Shown here: positions 1-20,487 of the stretch, piece by piece
How positions within the stretch are numbered: position 1 is the first letter of the stretch
Layout of the letters: each line of letters opens with the position of its first letter
DNA from: the human T2T-CHM13v2.0 reference genome, Homo sapiens
Reading direction: 5' to 3' (one strand)
Assembly (NCBI RefSeq): GCF_009914755.1
Contig: NC_060931.1
DNA length: 64,000 nucleotides
Notes under the pieces: model-generated
Database searches by the model: none
Told to the model about the DNA's origin: nothing
Seen by the model: the letters and a program-made list of their open reading frames with translations, nothing else
Made by a program: the position numbers and the translations under genes

Positions 1-619
1 TGTACTTGGGTATTAAAACAGGGCCTTTTGTTTGGAGAACTCCAGAAATCCTCTGCTTTGGAAAACCAAGTGGAAGTGGGGGGGTGAATGTTTCAGACAT
101 GGAATTCACTTACATAAATCTCCAAGTAAGCCAAGCAATCTCTGGGCAGGGCCCATGCTATCCTGGGGAGAATACTGTCATGCATTTTTTTCTTAAAGGT
201 CTCAAAAATCCTTCCAAGAGATAGTCTGACTCATTCAAGACTGAAAACCACAACTTGAGCAGGCGCCTGAGACCTCCTGGAGTGAGGAGAGAGATTGCTG
301 GCCCTCAAAGCAAGTGAAGCTCTTCCTGAAAATTAGCCCAGGGCTTCTGCAGCTATAGGAAAACAAATGCTAAGCAGAAATCGTGAGCCTGTTGACAGCC
401 ACCCTGACCTGAACCCACTCCATGGCTTTGGAGGCCACATAAGCTGGAGAAACAGCCACGCACAGTGCCACGGAGAACTTCTGCAATGGAGAATGGTACA
501 GTTTGCCCATTCTACAGCCCCTCTGCGCACGCTTTTAACATGGTTCATGCTGCAGAGAGGCAATGTGGAATCAGGATCGACAGCCTCAAATCTGCGGCCA
601 AAGTGTCAGAATCCAAACC

Positions 620-1130
620 ACAGCTCTGCCACTCACCCTCTGCATGGCTGTGAGTTACACTAACCTTTCTCTGCCTCAATTTCTTCATCTGGAAAGTGGT
701 TATTATAGTTGTCCCCAATGCTTATGGTTTCTATTAGGGTTAAGAATTGTTTTTTTTCTTTTTTGAGACAGGGTCTCACTCTGTTGCCCCAGCTGGAATG
801 CAGTGGCATGATCTTGGCTCACTGCAACCTCCACCTCCTGGGTGCAACAATTCTTGTGCCTCAGCCTTCTGAGTAGCTGGGAATACAGGCATGCACTGCC
901 ATGCCTGGCTAACTTTTTTGTATTTTTAGTAGAGTAGTAGAGACAGGATTTCATCATGTTGGCCAGGCTAGTCTCAAACTCCTGGCCTCAAGTGATCTGC
1001 CCGCTTCAGCCTTCCAAAGTGCTGGGATGACAGACGTGAGCCACCGTGCCCTGCCAGGATTAAGAATTTTGAAATTTTTACAGTGTTCAGGACAGTACCT
1101 GGCTGTCAGCATTATGTAGTGTTTGTTGAA
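620..1130 (+). mobile_element. MIR, split by an Alu
   Basis: MIR core ctctgcctcaatttcttcatctggaaagtgg; resumes after the Alu. Confidence 0.7.
749..1056 (-). mobile_element. Alu (S-type)
   Basis: Full dimer, poly-T, TSD ttaagaatt. Confidence 0.95.
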
Positions 1131-1326
1131 TTTTTATTTATTGTATTTATTCACAGGTGCATTTGTGTGTGTTTGTGTGTGTGTGTGCATGTGTGTATGT
1201 ACGAACTCTGAGCATTTCCCAGGAAAATGCATTTCCTAGAAATTTCTAGGAACTCAGAAAATAAAGATGAATGAGATACAGCCTTTTCTTTTGAAGAACT
1301 CAAAGTCTATTTTAATACACAGACTA

Positions 1327-1630
<304 letters not shown>

Positions 1631-1789
1631 AACTGGTTTTTAACAGCTCTAGTAGAGACATTGGTAAAGTGCTGGGAGAAAATCCAGGAGGGGGCAAGTA
1701 ACTCCATCCAGGGGTAACAGGAATGGCTACACAGAGCTCCCATCTGCAATTGAGCAGAATTCAAGGTGTAAGAGGAGTTTCCTTATAAT

Positions 1790-1980
1790 AGTGACTCCTC
1801 AACCTTCCCTTGAATTTAAATCTTCTAGGGGGCTTTTTTAAAACCCAGATTCCCAAGCCCCAGGCCAAAAGTTCTGATTCAGTAGGTCTGGGTAGGACCC
1901 GAGAATTTGCCTTTCTAACAGGTTCCCACGTGATGATGTTGCTGATGCTGGTCCAGGGATCCCATTGTGAGAACTGCTGC
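1790..1980. mobile_element. MER5A (hAT-Charlie)
   Basis: ttctgattcagtaggtctggg...ttctaacaggttcccacgtgatg...tgagaactgctg. Confidence 0.8.
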
Positions 1981-2478
1981 CTTACACAGGACCCAGAGAA
2001 AGCAGCAAGTGCCTAGGTTCAGGAAAACAAAAGAAACTGGCCTTCTCAGGGGAGCAAACGTAGTCTGGCAGGATTGGACCAGACAGCAGTGTAGAAAATG
2101 ACAAAAGATGAAGTGGGAAGAGTGCAGAGGCTGAGGCAAATCCTGAACACTTGGGGGACCTTTGGAATTTGTGGCCTTAAATAACTTGATCCAACTTGTA
2201 TTTCCAAAATGATTGCTGTGGTGTCAGTGGAGAATGGAATGAGACGGGGAGACTGGAGGAAAGGAGACTGGCTTGGAGGTTGCTGTTAGAGGCCAGAGGA
2301 GAAATAATGAGGTCAGAGCTGGTGCAGGTGCAGTAGAAATAAGAAGAAACAGGCCAGGCACAGTGGCTCATGCCTGTAATCCCAGCACTTTGGGAGGCAA
2401 CAGTGGTAGGATTGCTTGAGGCCAGGATATCGAGACCAGCCTGGGCAACACAGCAAGACTATAATAAAAAATTAATTA

Positions 2479-2765
<287 letters not shown>

Positions 2766-2776
2766 ATATATATATA

Positions 2777-3142
<366 letters not shown>

Positions 3143-3803
3143 CTACTGGGGAGGCTGAGGTAGGAGGATTGCTTGAGCCCAGGAATTCTAGACTGTGGTG
3201 AGCTATGATTGCACCACTGCACAGCCTGGGCAACAGAGTAAGACCCTGTCTTTAAAGAAATAAAAGAAGAAATACATGGACATCTTAGGGCATAGAATTA
3301 GGTAGTTCTGTGGACGCCCATACAGAATGTAAGAAAGAAGGAAGGGTTAAGGCTTGATCCATCCTTAGCCAGCTCTGATGTCTGAATGGAGGCGTTTCTA
3401 TCAACTGAGAAAAGAATGGAGGAAACAAAACAGATTGGGGAGAAGAGAAGATCAAAAATTCAATTTGCAGCAATTTTGAGGCATCACTGACATCCAGCAA
3501 GCCATTAGAAATACAGGGCCAGAGCCAAGGAAAGAAGCCAAGACTAGAGATAAAGACCTGGGCATCCCTGAGCACAGGGTCAGGTTAAAATCAAGGCTTT
3601 TAACCTTGATGGCCAAAGGAAACAGAGCTGACTGGAGGAAGAACCAGCACAAAAACCTGACTTACCCCTTTTAAATGGCTTAGCTTAGCAGTCTCAAAGA
3701 AGAAGAGAAAAGGGAGAATAAGGAAGGAGTCCAGAAGCTAGGACCCAGCAGGACTTAGCGAAGATGTTTACAGCATCCTGGTGCTAGCTCTGTCGTCTGT
3801 GAA

Positions 3804-4148
3804 TTCTATGGTTTGGATGTGTCTCCTCCAAAATTCATGTGTTGGAAACTTCATCCCCAATGCAACAGTGTTGGGAGGTGGGGCCCTTTGGGAGGCATTT
3901 AGGTCATGAGGGATCTGCCCTTGTAAATGGATTAATGCCACTGTAAAAAGGGCTTGCCGGAGTGGGTCTACTCTCAATTTCCCTTCTGCTTTCTGCCATG
4001 TGTGAACACAACAAGAAAGCCCACACCAGATGCCAGCACATTGATCTTGGACTTCCCAGCCTCCAGAGCTGTGAGAAATAAATTTCTGCTCTTTGTAAAT
4101 TACCCAATCTGTTGTAATCTGTTACCGCAGCACAAGCAGACTAAGACA
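3804..4148 (+). mobile_element. MaLR solo LTR (MSTD/MLT1A-like)
   Basis: atggtttggatgtgtctcctccaaaattcatg...gactaagaca. Confidence 0.85.
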
Positions 4149-4209
4149 GTGGAGCATCACAAGCCCTTCTGACCTAACCTGCATTTAAATGCAAAGTGCC
4201 TGCTAGTCA

Positions 4210-4700
4210 TTATCTATTCTCAGGCCCATGGGCTGCCTGCTTTTCCTGGTTCTGCTCCTGTCACAGGGGCCTGGCCCGTGGAAATTACGTTTCTCAGGCT
4301 CCTTGATCAACTGGCTTCTGGTGAATTTCCACCAAAGAGTGGCACTGGCAGGAGACTGCAGGGAGAGGAGTAGTAAAAGTTATTCCTCCCCACCCCTTTT
4401 CTTCCCCAACCCTTTCCCCATCTATCCCTTCTGGAGTGTCTCATGAGAGCTGTGCTGGGTCTCAGCACATATCCCAGCTCCTGGAATCTGGTGACATTCC
4501 CTCTGTCTTCTGTCCCTCCAGCTGTGTGTGGGTGGGGAGTCACAGCTTGCTGCTGTTGCTCATCTCTGCAATGACTCACTAGCTCATTTGACTTTCAACT
4601 CTTCCAGCATCTGACAACTAGTTCCCTGTATTTTAATTTCTTCTATTGAATTAGCTGGTGTGGGCCCTATTGTTGTCCTCACTGGTGCCTGACTGATAAA
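4210..4700 (+). mobile_element. ERVL LTR (LTR33-like)
   Basis: ggaaattacgtttctcaggctccttg...ggcactggcaggagactg...cctgactgata. Confidence 0.6.
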
Positions 4701-5283
4701 CATACAATGATAATCCATCAGCTTCTCCCCCCACCAGTGTGTCAGGCATCAGAATCTTATTCAGGCTGGGATTATCCAAACTGATATTAACAAAGCCTGT
4801 CATTTAAAAGTTAAGCAGAAAAGCAATTTTTAAAGAGGTGGTAAATAAAGATAAAACCTGAAATAAATACTTTGTACAACATAAAGCAGTAAAATGATAA
4901 ATGAGTTCAAAAGCTGGTTTTTTTTGATAAGGTGACTAAAATAAACCTCTGACAAATTTAATTAAGGGAATATTTTTAATTAGAAATGAGAAAGGAGATA
5001 GGACAATTTATAGAAAATAGATTTTCCCCAAAATCCAAAGAGAATGTTATGCATTCTTCTAGACTAATAAACTGAAATCCTCAATGAAATAATTTCTAGA
5101 AAGATATAGATTACTAAAAATAATCTAAGTATAAATCCAAACAGAATAACAACTAAGAAAAAAATTGAGAAAATCATCCAATAACAATCCCAAAACTGCA
5201 GTTGGTCCCATTATTTCCACCAGGGCAATTTTTATATGTTTAAGAAACAGATAATTTTAATGTTGTATAAAGCATACAGAGTG

Positions 5284-5679
<396 letters not shown>

Positions 5680-5721
5680 TTATAGGCACAGATAACATGA
5701 ATATGGATAGGAAAAGCTTAA

Positions 5722-6157
<436 letters not shown>

Positions 6158-6260
6158 AAAAAATATGGACTTTATAAATCTATGTCATCCTGATGCAAGG
6201 GCCATGCAAATTTCCACTGTACTGTTGCAACTTCAGTATATGTGCTGCTAACGCAAGCAC
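6158..6260 (-). pseudogene. RNU6: U6 snRNA retro-pseudogene, full length and diverged
   Basis: Reverse complement reads GTGCTTGCGTTAGCAGCACATATACTGAAGTTGCAACAGTACAGTGGAAATTTGCATGGCCCTTGCATCAGGATGACATAG...CCATATTTTTT, colinear with U6 end to end (about 75% identity by eye). The ACAGAGA box is mutated. Confidence 0.93.
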
Positions 6261-6425
6261 AAAGGGTGGTAACTTTACAAGTTAAGTTGAAAGAAATCAC
6301 AGAGGATGGATGGTTTGTATGTTATCAAAGTAAACAACCACTTGACAAAACTTCCAAAGCTAAAATCAAAGGGAAGCTATCTGGAGCAAATGTTCACGGC
6401 AAATATAACAAAAAGTTCTGTGTTA

Positions 6426-6877
<452 letters not shown>

Positions 6878-6934
6878 CTATTAGCAAACAAGTGTGTGAA
6901 AAAATGTTCAACTTTGCTGTGATCAAAGAAATAG

Positions 6935-7292
<358 letters not shown>

Positions 7293-7492
7293 CCTACATT
7301 AGGAGAATTTTAAGAGTTACCTAGTATTACAACACTGTGGTAAAGCGAGTTGACTCATACGAGATTGGACATCAGGGATCATCTTAAAATTTCATAATAT
7401 CCCTTTATCCTAAGGAATTTTTAAAGATTAAAAAAATAAAACTACATGAGATGTTTTTTGCAATGTCATTTCTAACAAGAAAAATAAATTTA

Positions 7493-7578
7493 CATATATG
7501 TGTATATATGTATTTGTGTGTGTCGGTATACATATGTATATATGTACACGTATACATATATACATATATGTGTATATA

Positions 7579-7617
<39 letters not shown>
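7493..7617. repeat. Compound (TA/TG)n microsatellite
   Basis: Alternating purine-pyrimidine run. Confidence 0.92.
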
Positions 7618-7696
7618 GCCTCATTTTCCTTATCTGTAAAATGGGGCTAATGACAATATCTAAAGAGTGATTATGAGGATTAAGTAAAGCTCTTCA

Positions 7697-7966
7697 GGCT
7701 GGACGCAGTGGCTCATGCATATAATCCCAGCATTTTGAGAGACCAAGGCAGGCAGATCACCTGAGACCAGCCTGGGCAACATGGTATAACCCTATCTCTA
7801 CAAAAATATGAAGACAAGCTGGGTATGATGGCACATGCCTGTTGTGCCATCTGGTGGGAGGGATGATTGAGCCCAGGAGATCGAGGCTGCAGTAAGCAGA
7901 GCTCACACCACCACTGCACTGCAGCCTGGGTGACACAGCAAGACCCTGTCTCAAAAAAAAAAAAAA
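7697..7966 (+). mobile_element. Alu (J-type, with deletions)
   Basis: Alu dimer preceded by a MIR fragment (7618-7695). Confidence 0.9.
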
Positions 7967-8399
7967 TGAATAATGATAATACAAAATTGTATCACTTCAA
8001 ATGCATATACACAATGACTTACAACAATGTAAACATGATGAGAATGGACAAAGACATAGAAGGAGAAAGGAACAATGAAAATCGCCACTGCATGAACAAG
8101 GGAGGTGTATAAATCACTTTTCTTTTTGGAATTATTTTGGTTTTAGTACAAGTAGCGATCTGGTGAGAAACAAAATTAAAATATACTGAAAGCTACTCTA
8201 ATGAATTGGCACCTTCTGGGGAGCCTAATATTACATCTGGGAACTCTGCATCTAAGATATTTGAAATAATAAACTCAGCATACATCCCCCCTGGGGACAC
8301 CATGTGGTGTGTGGGACCAGCCAGCTGATGGCACTGCTTCACTTGCCCAGAGGACCAAAGAGGCATTTATTGGCCTCAGTAATATACCCCTGCTGGTTA

Positions 8400-8588
<189 letters not shown>

Positions 8589-8686
8589 AAGTATTTTTCT
8601 TAAACCCAATACTCAAAACACAAAACAAATCTCTGCATAGTTGGGAAATGGACTCAAGTTTCATCTGGATGAACAGTAACCTTCCA

Positions 8687-9301
8687 GAAATAGTATGGAG
8701 AATCCTTAAAGAACTAAATGTAGAACTACCATTTGATCCAGCAATCCCACTACTGGGCATCTACCCAGAGGAAAAAAAGTCATTATACAAAAAAGATACT
8801 TGCACATGCATGTTTATAGCAGCACAATTTGCAATTGCAAAAACGTGGAACCAACCCAAATGCCCATCAATCAATGAGTGGATAAAGACACTGTAGTACA
8901 TATATACGATGGAATACTACTCAGCCATAAAAAGGCATGAATTAATGGCATTTGCAGCAATTTGGATGGAATTGGAGACTATTATACTAAGTGAAGTAAC
9001 TCAGGAATGGAAAACCAAACATCGTATGTTCTCACTCATAAGCGGGAGCTAAGCTATGAGGATGCAAAGGCATAAGAATGACACAATGGACTTTGGGAAC
9101 TCAGGGGGAAAGGATGGGAAAGGGGTGAGGGACAAAAGACTACAAATTGGGTTCAGTGTATACTGCTCAGGTGATGTGTGCACCAAAATCTCCCAAATCA
9201 CTACTAAAGGACTTATGTAACCAAATACCAGCTGTTCCCCAATAACCTATGGAAATAGAAAATTTAAAAAAATAAATATTAAAAAAAAAAGAAAAAAAAA
9301 A
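8687..9301 (+). mobile_element. 5'-truncated L1PB (L1PB1-like)
   Basis: ORF2 C-terminus (ELPFDPAIPLLGIYP), L1PB 3' UTR, poly-A, TSD gtaaccttcca at 8676 and 9306. Confidence 0.9.
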
Positions 9302-10159
9302 GCCGGTAACCTTCCACGTAGCTTCTTTGACCTGCAGGACCGAGGACTAGGTGGTTATGCCTCCCTTTTGTGATTTGGTCAATAGGCAGGAAGAGTTGGA
9401 CAGCAGACAGCATTATCCTCAGATTCATTTAAATCTACAAATGGAGAAAAATGCAAATCACCAGAGGGACAGGCTTCAGGATAATGAGAGACGGACCTAG
9501 AGGCAGCCTTAGGCTTTTTCTTCCCAAAAGTCAGCAAGGCTTGAAAATCTCTACCCAGTCCAAAGCCATGCGTGGAAAGTGACTTCACTCACGGCTCCTG
9601 CATTGTCACGGGCTTGTGAAGGACAAATCGGCATATGAGTTGATGAGAGACAGAAACATAGCTGATCCAAGTTGAGCTCGAGTCCTGAACAACTGCCTAC
9701 ATGACTCAGAATGTGTGCAGTTAGTAAGTATATGGCTCCAATAAAGGAAGTGACAAGTTCAGCGGAGGATATAAATCCAGAAGAGGAATACCAGAAGATA
9801 ACATAGAACCTAGCATGACCAGAGGCTGAATCACAGTGAGCCTAGACTCATATGTCCAAACACCTATTCCACTTGGGATGTCAACAGGCATCTCAAACCT
9901 AATAGGTCAAACATGGGGCTCCACGTCTTTGCCCTCACCTGTTCTGCCACTGCCTTGCAGTCTCATGTAAGGGTAAAACCACCCTTCCGGCCCTTCTGCT
10001 GGAGTCTCTTTGCTTTCTCTCCTTGTTTTACATCTCACATCCAATCCATCAGAAAATCCCATTGGTCCTAGATTCAGCATAGCCCCAAATCCCTCGTCTT
10101 CTCATCACCTCCACTACAACCACCCTGGTCCAAGCCATCATCATCCCTTGCCTGATTTC

Positions 10160-10460
10160 TTTCTTTTTTTTTTTTTTTAAGACACGGTCTCACTCTGTCG
10201 TCCAGGCTGGAGTGCAGTGGTGCGATCTTGGCTCACTGCAACCTCCGCCCCCTGGGTTCAAGTGATTCTCCTGCCTCAGCCTCCTGAGTAGCTGGGATTA
10301 CAGGCATGCACCACCACACCAGGCTAATTTTTGTATTTTTAGTAGAGATGGGGTTTCACCATGTTGGCCAGGTTGGTCTCCAACTCCTGACCTCAGGTGA
10401 TCCGCCCGCCTCGGCCTCCCAAAGTGCTGGGATTGCCGGCGTGAGCCACCGCGCCCAGGC
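10160..10460 (-). mobile_element. Alu (Sx-like)
   Basis: Full dimer, TSD ttgcctgatttctt. Confidence 0.95.
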
Positions 10461-10602
10461 TTGCCTGATTTCTTGTTATCGCCTCTTAACTGGTCTCCCC
10501 ACAGCCACCTCCAACTCTCTTCTCAATAGTGGCCAGAGAGATCCTCTTAAAACCTTAAGTGGGACCACACCATAAAAGAACAAACCTATAAAAAGAACTG
10601 AC

Positions 10603-10919
<317 letters not shown>

Positions 10920-11161
10920 TCAAAATTAAAATCTGCTCTTCAAATGATGCTGTTAAAAACTATAAAAAGACAAGTCACAGACTAGAGGAGAATATTTGCA
11001 AAACCGGTATCTGACAAAGGACTTGGATCCAGAGTAAACTGTAAAACGCTCAAAATTCAATAATTAGAAGATAAGCAATCCAAATTTTAAAAACTGGCAA
11101 ACACTTTAAACAGACACTTTACTGAAGAAGAGATATGCACATGAAAAGATGCTCAACGTGA

Positions 11162-11446
11162 ATAATCCCAGCACTTTGAAAGCCCAAGACAAGAAGATCA
11201 CTTGAGGCCAGGAGTTCAAGCCCAGCCTGGGCAACATAGTAAGACCTCATCTGTACAGAAAATAAAATAATAAGCTGGCATGATAGTGTGTGCCTGTAGT
11301 CTCAGCTACTCAGGAGGCTGAGGCGGGAGGATCCCCTGGGCCAGGAGTTTGAGGTTACTGTGAGCTATGCTCATACCACTGCACTCCAGCCTGGGTGACA
11401 GAGTGAGACCCTGTTTCTAAAACACACACACACGCACACACACACA
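11162..11446 (+). mobile_element. Alu (J-type, 5'-truncated, CA tail)
   Basis: Starts at taatcccagc; tail is (CA)n. Confidence 0.9.
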
Positions 11447-11602
11447 ATAAGGTACCACCACCCAGCTATTAGAAATACTAAAATTAAAATAACTGATCAT
11501 ACCATATGTTGGCAAGAGTGTGAAGGAATTAGATCTCTCATACTGGTAGTGGGGATATGAAATAGTGCAATCACATTGGGAAAAAGTTTGACAATATCTT
11601 AA

Positions 11603-12020
<418 letters not shown>

Positions 12021-12668
12021 TTTGGCAACTTCGTTTTTACTAACCCAAAACTACAAACAACCCAGATATCCAGATAATTAGATAAACAAATTTTGATGGG
12101 TGTATGGTGATAAAATGGAAAGGAGTGAATTATTGATACAAAATGAATGAATCTCAAAATAATTATGCTGTGGAAAAAGAAATCAGACCAAAAAAAAAAA
12201 AAGAGTACATGCTGTATGATTCCATTTATATAAAATTCTAGAAAAAAAATAACCTGTAATGACTAAAAAACAGATCAGTGGCTACCTGGGGACAAGTGAT
12301 GAAGGAGAGGAGAAGATGAGGAAGGAGAAATTGCAAAGAGGCATGAGGACACATTTTCTGGGAATGCTGGACGAGCTTACTATTTTGATTGTGGCAATGG
12401 TTTCACAGGTGTGTATACGTGTAAAAACTTATCAAGTTACCATAGGCAATGAAAGTAAAAATAGATAAATTGGACTACATCAAAATTAAAAACATCTGTG
12501 CAACAAAGGACCCAATCAACAGAGTAAAAAGGTAACCTACTGAATTGGAGCGAATATTTGCAAATAATATACCTAATGAGGGACTGACGTCCAGAATATA
12601 AAAATGAACACCTGCATCTCAACAACAAATAATAATAATAAACGATCCCATGAAAAAAACGGACAAAA

Positions 12669-12993
12669 GGCCGGCCACAGTGGCTCATGCCCGTAAGCGC
12701 AGCACTTTGGGAGACCAAAAGCAGGTAGATCATTTGAACCCGGGAGTTCAAGACCAGCCTGGGCAACATGACAAAACACCATCTCTACCAAAAATACAAA
12801 AAATTAGCCAGGCATAGTGGCATGCACCTGTAATCCCAGCTACTCAGGAGGCTAAGGTGGGAAGGTCACCTGAACCCGGGAGGCGGAGGTTGCAATGAGC
12901 AGAGATAGTGCCACTGCACTCCAGCACTCCAGCCTGGGTGACAGAGTGAGATCCTGGCAAAAAAAAAAAAAAAAAAAAGAAAGAAAGAAAAAA
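12669..12993 (+). mobile_element. Alu (J-type)
   Basis: Full dimer with 8-bp duplication cactccag. Confidence 0.92.
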
Positions 12994-13158
12994 TGGGCAA
13001 AGCACTTGAATAGATATTTTTAAAAAGAAGATACACAAATGGCCAACAAGCATATGAAGAGATGCTCAACTTCAGACATCATTAGGGAAATACAAATCGA
13101 AACCACAAAGAGATACCACCTCACACACTTAGGATGGTTACTATGAAAGAAAGAAAAG

Positions 13159-13694
<536 letters not shown>

Positions 13695-13856
13695 TTATAC
13701 ACCCATATTCATAGTAGCGCTATTCATAATTGCCAAAAAGCTGAAGCAACCTAAGGTCTATTGACAGATAAATGGATTTTTAAATGTGGCATATATATTA
13801 TAATGGAAGGAAAATCCTGTCACGTGATACAACATAGATGAACTTTGAGGACATTA

Positions 13857-14196
<340 letters not shown>

Positions 14197-14406
14197 CATA
14201 GAGACAGAAAGTTACATGGTGTTTGCCAGGGGCTCGGGGAGGGGACAATGGGGAATTGTTTAATGAGTGTAGAGTTTCTATTTTGCAAAATGAAGTTCTG
14301 CAGATTGGTTACTCAAGAATGTGAATGGTCTTAATGCTAATGAACTACACACTACACTATGGCAAAGATGGTAAATTTTATGTTATGTGTATTTTACCAC
14401 AATTAA

Positions 14407-15257
<851 letters not shown>

Positions 15258-15650
15258 ATGGTGTGTTTTTAATTTTTTTAATTCAGTTTTTACAAATTCA
15301 ATGGGATCCTATCCTTCTGCTGCTCTAAACCTTCCATGGGCTTCCCATTTCACTCAGAGTAAAAGCCACAGTCCTTGGAATGACCCACAAGGTTGTAGAT
15401 GATCTGGTCCTGAAGTCACAGTTTCCTCATTCCCATTCTTCTCACCCTCACCCGTACCAGGCCAGCTACACCGGCCTCCTTGCTGTTTTCTCAAACACAC
15501 CAGGCACCCTCCCTGGGCAGTTACCCGGGCTGCTAGCTTTTACACAGAAGGCTTTTCCCCCAGGCAACTTCATGGCTCACTTCTTCACCTCTTTCAAGAC
15601 TTGATTCAAACGTCACCCTCTCATCAGGGTCTTCCCTGCGTGGTATTTAA

Positions 15651-16109
<459 letters not shown>

Positions 16110-16367
16110 ACTTCTGGTTTTTAAATGGAAATTGATGACCTCAAATGCAGAAGTACAGACAAACCCTCTCTCGGGTCTCCATCTATGTGGAGGCAAAAAA
16201 GACCAAAGTCAGAAGTGCTCGGGGCTGCGTGGCCTCCCTCCTCCACCAGGTCCAGCATTTCCCACACTTTGTGGGTCTGATGCTTGATTTTAGCAGCCAG
16301 GGTGTATAAGAAAGGAGCGCAGCTGGAGCCATCCTCCCCTCACCACTCGCAGTGGTCCGATGTCTCA

Positions 16368-16691
<324 letters not shown>

Positions 16692-16949
16692 CTACACACT
16701 CCCAAGGTGCCTTTGAACACCTGCTGAATCGTTAAGAACAATGTGTATCTCTGCATGTACTTAGCAACGTGGAACACGCACCAGGAAAATGCACATCACG
16801 CTCAGTTTATGCAGCAGCCCCCACCACCCCAGGCCACCCCCAAACATCTTGCAAGCTACAGAGCACACAAGGCTGAGCCACCTTCTTTATCACCATCATT
16901 CTCAGAATCACTGCAGACTCACTCCTTAAGTCCCAGATTAAGCATTAAT

Positions 16950-17490
16950 ATTAACACCTTAATATTAAGTTATTTAATCCTCACAACAACCCTATGATTT
17001 AAATGACTATTATCCCATTTCAGATGGAGGAAGCGAGACCTAGAAAGGGTAGGTAGCGCTGGGTACTGTGGCTCACACCTGTAATCCCACCACTTTGGGA
17101 GGCTGAGGCAGGAGGATTGTTTGAGGCCAGAAGTTCGGGGCCAGCCTGGGCAACACAGGGAGACCCCCTCCTCCCTATCTCTACAAAAAGAAAAATCTAA
17201 AAATTAGCCGAGTATGGTGGTGTGTACCTGTAGTCCCAGCTACTTGGGAGACTGAGGTGGGAAGATCCTTGAGCCCAGGAGTTGGAGGCTGCAGTGAGCT
17301 ATGATGGCACCACTGCACTCCAGCCTGGGTGACAGAGCAAGATCATGTCTCTCCAAAAAAAAAAAAAAAAGAAAGAAAGAAAGGGTAAGTAATTATCCAA
17401 ATTCACACAGCTAGAGAAAAATGACACCAGGATTTAAACCTAGACTGTCTGCCTCCAGAGTTTACCCTCTCAAACATTCCCCTATACTAT
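16950..17490 (-). mobile_element. MIR, split by an Alu
   Basis: tttaatcctcacaacaaccctatg...cccatttcagatggaggaa. Confidence 0.75.
17058..17382 (+). mobile_element. Alu (J-type)
   Basis: TSD agaaagggtaRgta. Confidence 0.93.
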
Positions 17491-17524
17491 GACTCTGTAA
17501 TACTCCTTAAATGTGCAGGTTAAA

Positions 17525-18000
17525 GATTGTTGTAATTATCTTTGCTGCATAACTACCCACCCAAAAACTTCACAAAGAAAAATACCAAGTTCATTCTGCT
17601 CATGGACACAGTGGGTGAGGAATTTGGGCAGGACACCATGGGGACAGCTTGTCTCTGCTCTACCGCGTCTATCCAAGGCATCAGCTACAAAGGCTCAAAG
17701 GCTGAGAATGACTCAATGGCTGGGACTGATATCATCTAAAGCTATTGCACTCACGTCACTCTCTACACACGGTCTCTCCATGTGACCTGGGCTGCTCAGC
17801 CTGGTGGCTGCTTTCGAGAAGCAAGTGTCCCACAAGGCAGGAAGTAGAAGCTGTTGGTTTCTGAAGACGGATACTGGAATCCAGAGCAGCATCACGTCTG
17901 CCGTTTTCTATTGACCAAGCAGTCCCAGAGTCCAGATTCCATGGGAGGGGCAGAGACCCTACCTCTCAAAGAATTTTGTGGCCATTTTTTTAAACCACCA
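17525..18000 (-). mobile_element. MLT1 (G/H-like) LTR
   Basis: gctgcataactacccacccaaaa...gaatttgggcaggaca...gccattttttaaaccacca. Confidence 0.75.
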
Positions 18001-18014
18001 ATAAGATCGTTTAG

Positions 18015-18650
<636 letters not shown>

Positions 18651-18817
18651 GCTCTATGCAGTACCCCCAGTTGGTTCCATACAGGTGAAATCTACCACTG
18701 TTTCAGTGTCTCCACATTTGCAGTGGCCTTAGCCTACGATGGAAACAACTACACCAAGAACAGATTTCTGACACCTTCACCTGGTTCACTAACTTCATCC
18801 TGAACCTTTGTCCAACA

Positions 18818-18955
18818 CGCCTAACAAATTTTTGTGTTTTTTGTAGAGACAGGGTTTTGCCACGTTGCCCAGGCTGGTCTTGAACTCCTGACCTCAAGCA
18901 ATCTGCCCACCTCAGCCTCCCAAAGTGCTGGGATTACAGGCATGAGTCCCTGCAA
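18818..18955 (-). mobile_element. Alu left monomer
   Basis: Left arm only. Confidence 0.87.
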
Positions 18956-18980
18956 CTTACCACCTTCTCTTTCTTGATAA

Positions 18981-19348
<368 letters not shown>

Positions 19349-19845
19349 GGTCTTAACCTTTATTTTAAGTTCAGGGGTACAAGTATGGGTTTGTGACATA
19401 GGTAAACTTGTGTCATGAGGGATTGTTGTACAGATCATTTCATCACCCAGGTATTAAGCCTAGTACTCATTAGTTATTTTTCCTAATCCTCTCCCTCCTC
19501 CCACCCTCCACTCTCTGAAAGGTCCCAGTGTGTGCCATTTCCCTCTATTTGTCCACGTGTTCTCATCATTTAGCTACCACTTATAAATGAGAATATGCGA
19601 TATTTGGTTTTCTGTTCCTGTGTTAGTTCACTAAGGATAATGGCCTCCAGCTCCAGCCACGTCCATGCAAAGGACATGATCTTGTTCTTTTTTATGGCTG
19701 CATAGTATTCCATGGTGTATATGTACCACATTTTCTTTATCCAGTCTGTCGCTGTTGGGTATTTAGGTTGAACCATGTCTTTGCTATTGTAAATAGTGCT
19801 ATGGTGAACGTATGTGTGCAAGTGTCTTCATAATAGAATGATTTG
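19349..19845 (-). mobile_element. L1PA (older, ~PA13-16) 3' end
   Basis: ttttaagttcaggggtac...; ORF2 end WIKKMWYIYTMEYYAAIKK. Confidence 0.9.
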
Positions 19846-20158
19846 ATCCCCTCATCTTCTGCCTCCCACCACCTTCCAGTGGCCCCTCAGAAGCAGCAAT
19901 TTAACACTCAACGCTTCAACTATGAGTCATGCTCATCTCTTCACCGCCATCTGCCAAGCTCCAGAAATTTATTTCTGCCTTTGGAGCTCCTCACAGGTGG
20001 AGACCCAAAGGCCAGGTTATCCTGTTCACCCTGCCTGAGCCTCCTGGATAACCACTAACCCCAGTTATAACATTCCTCCTCCAGCTCCAAATATGTCTTC
20101 CTTCCTCTTCCTGGTCCATACAGCACTGGGCTAAAATTGTGTCTAAGTCATGCTTTTA

Positions 20159-20487
<329 letters not shown>

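Noticed and set aside
1-620. Possible exon or enhancer at the window start (98-aa ORF, AP-1 at 227)
   Set aside because: No recognisable protein or splice structure; single motifs are expected by chance.
6158-6260. Functional U6 gene
   Set aside because: The ACAGAGA box is mutated, there are deletions and retrocopy hallmarks, and no upstream PSE/TATA is recognisable.
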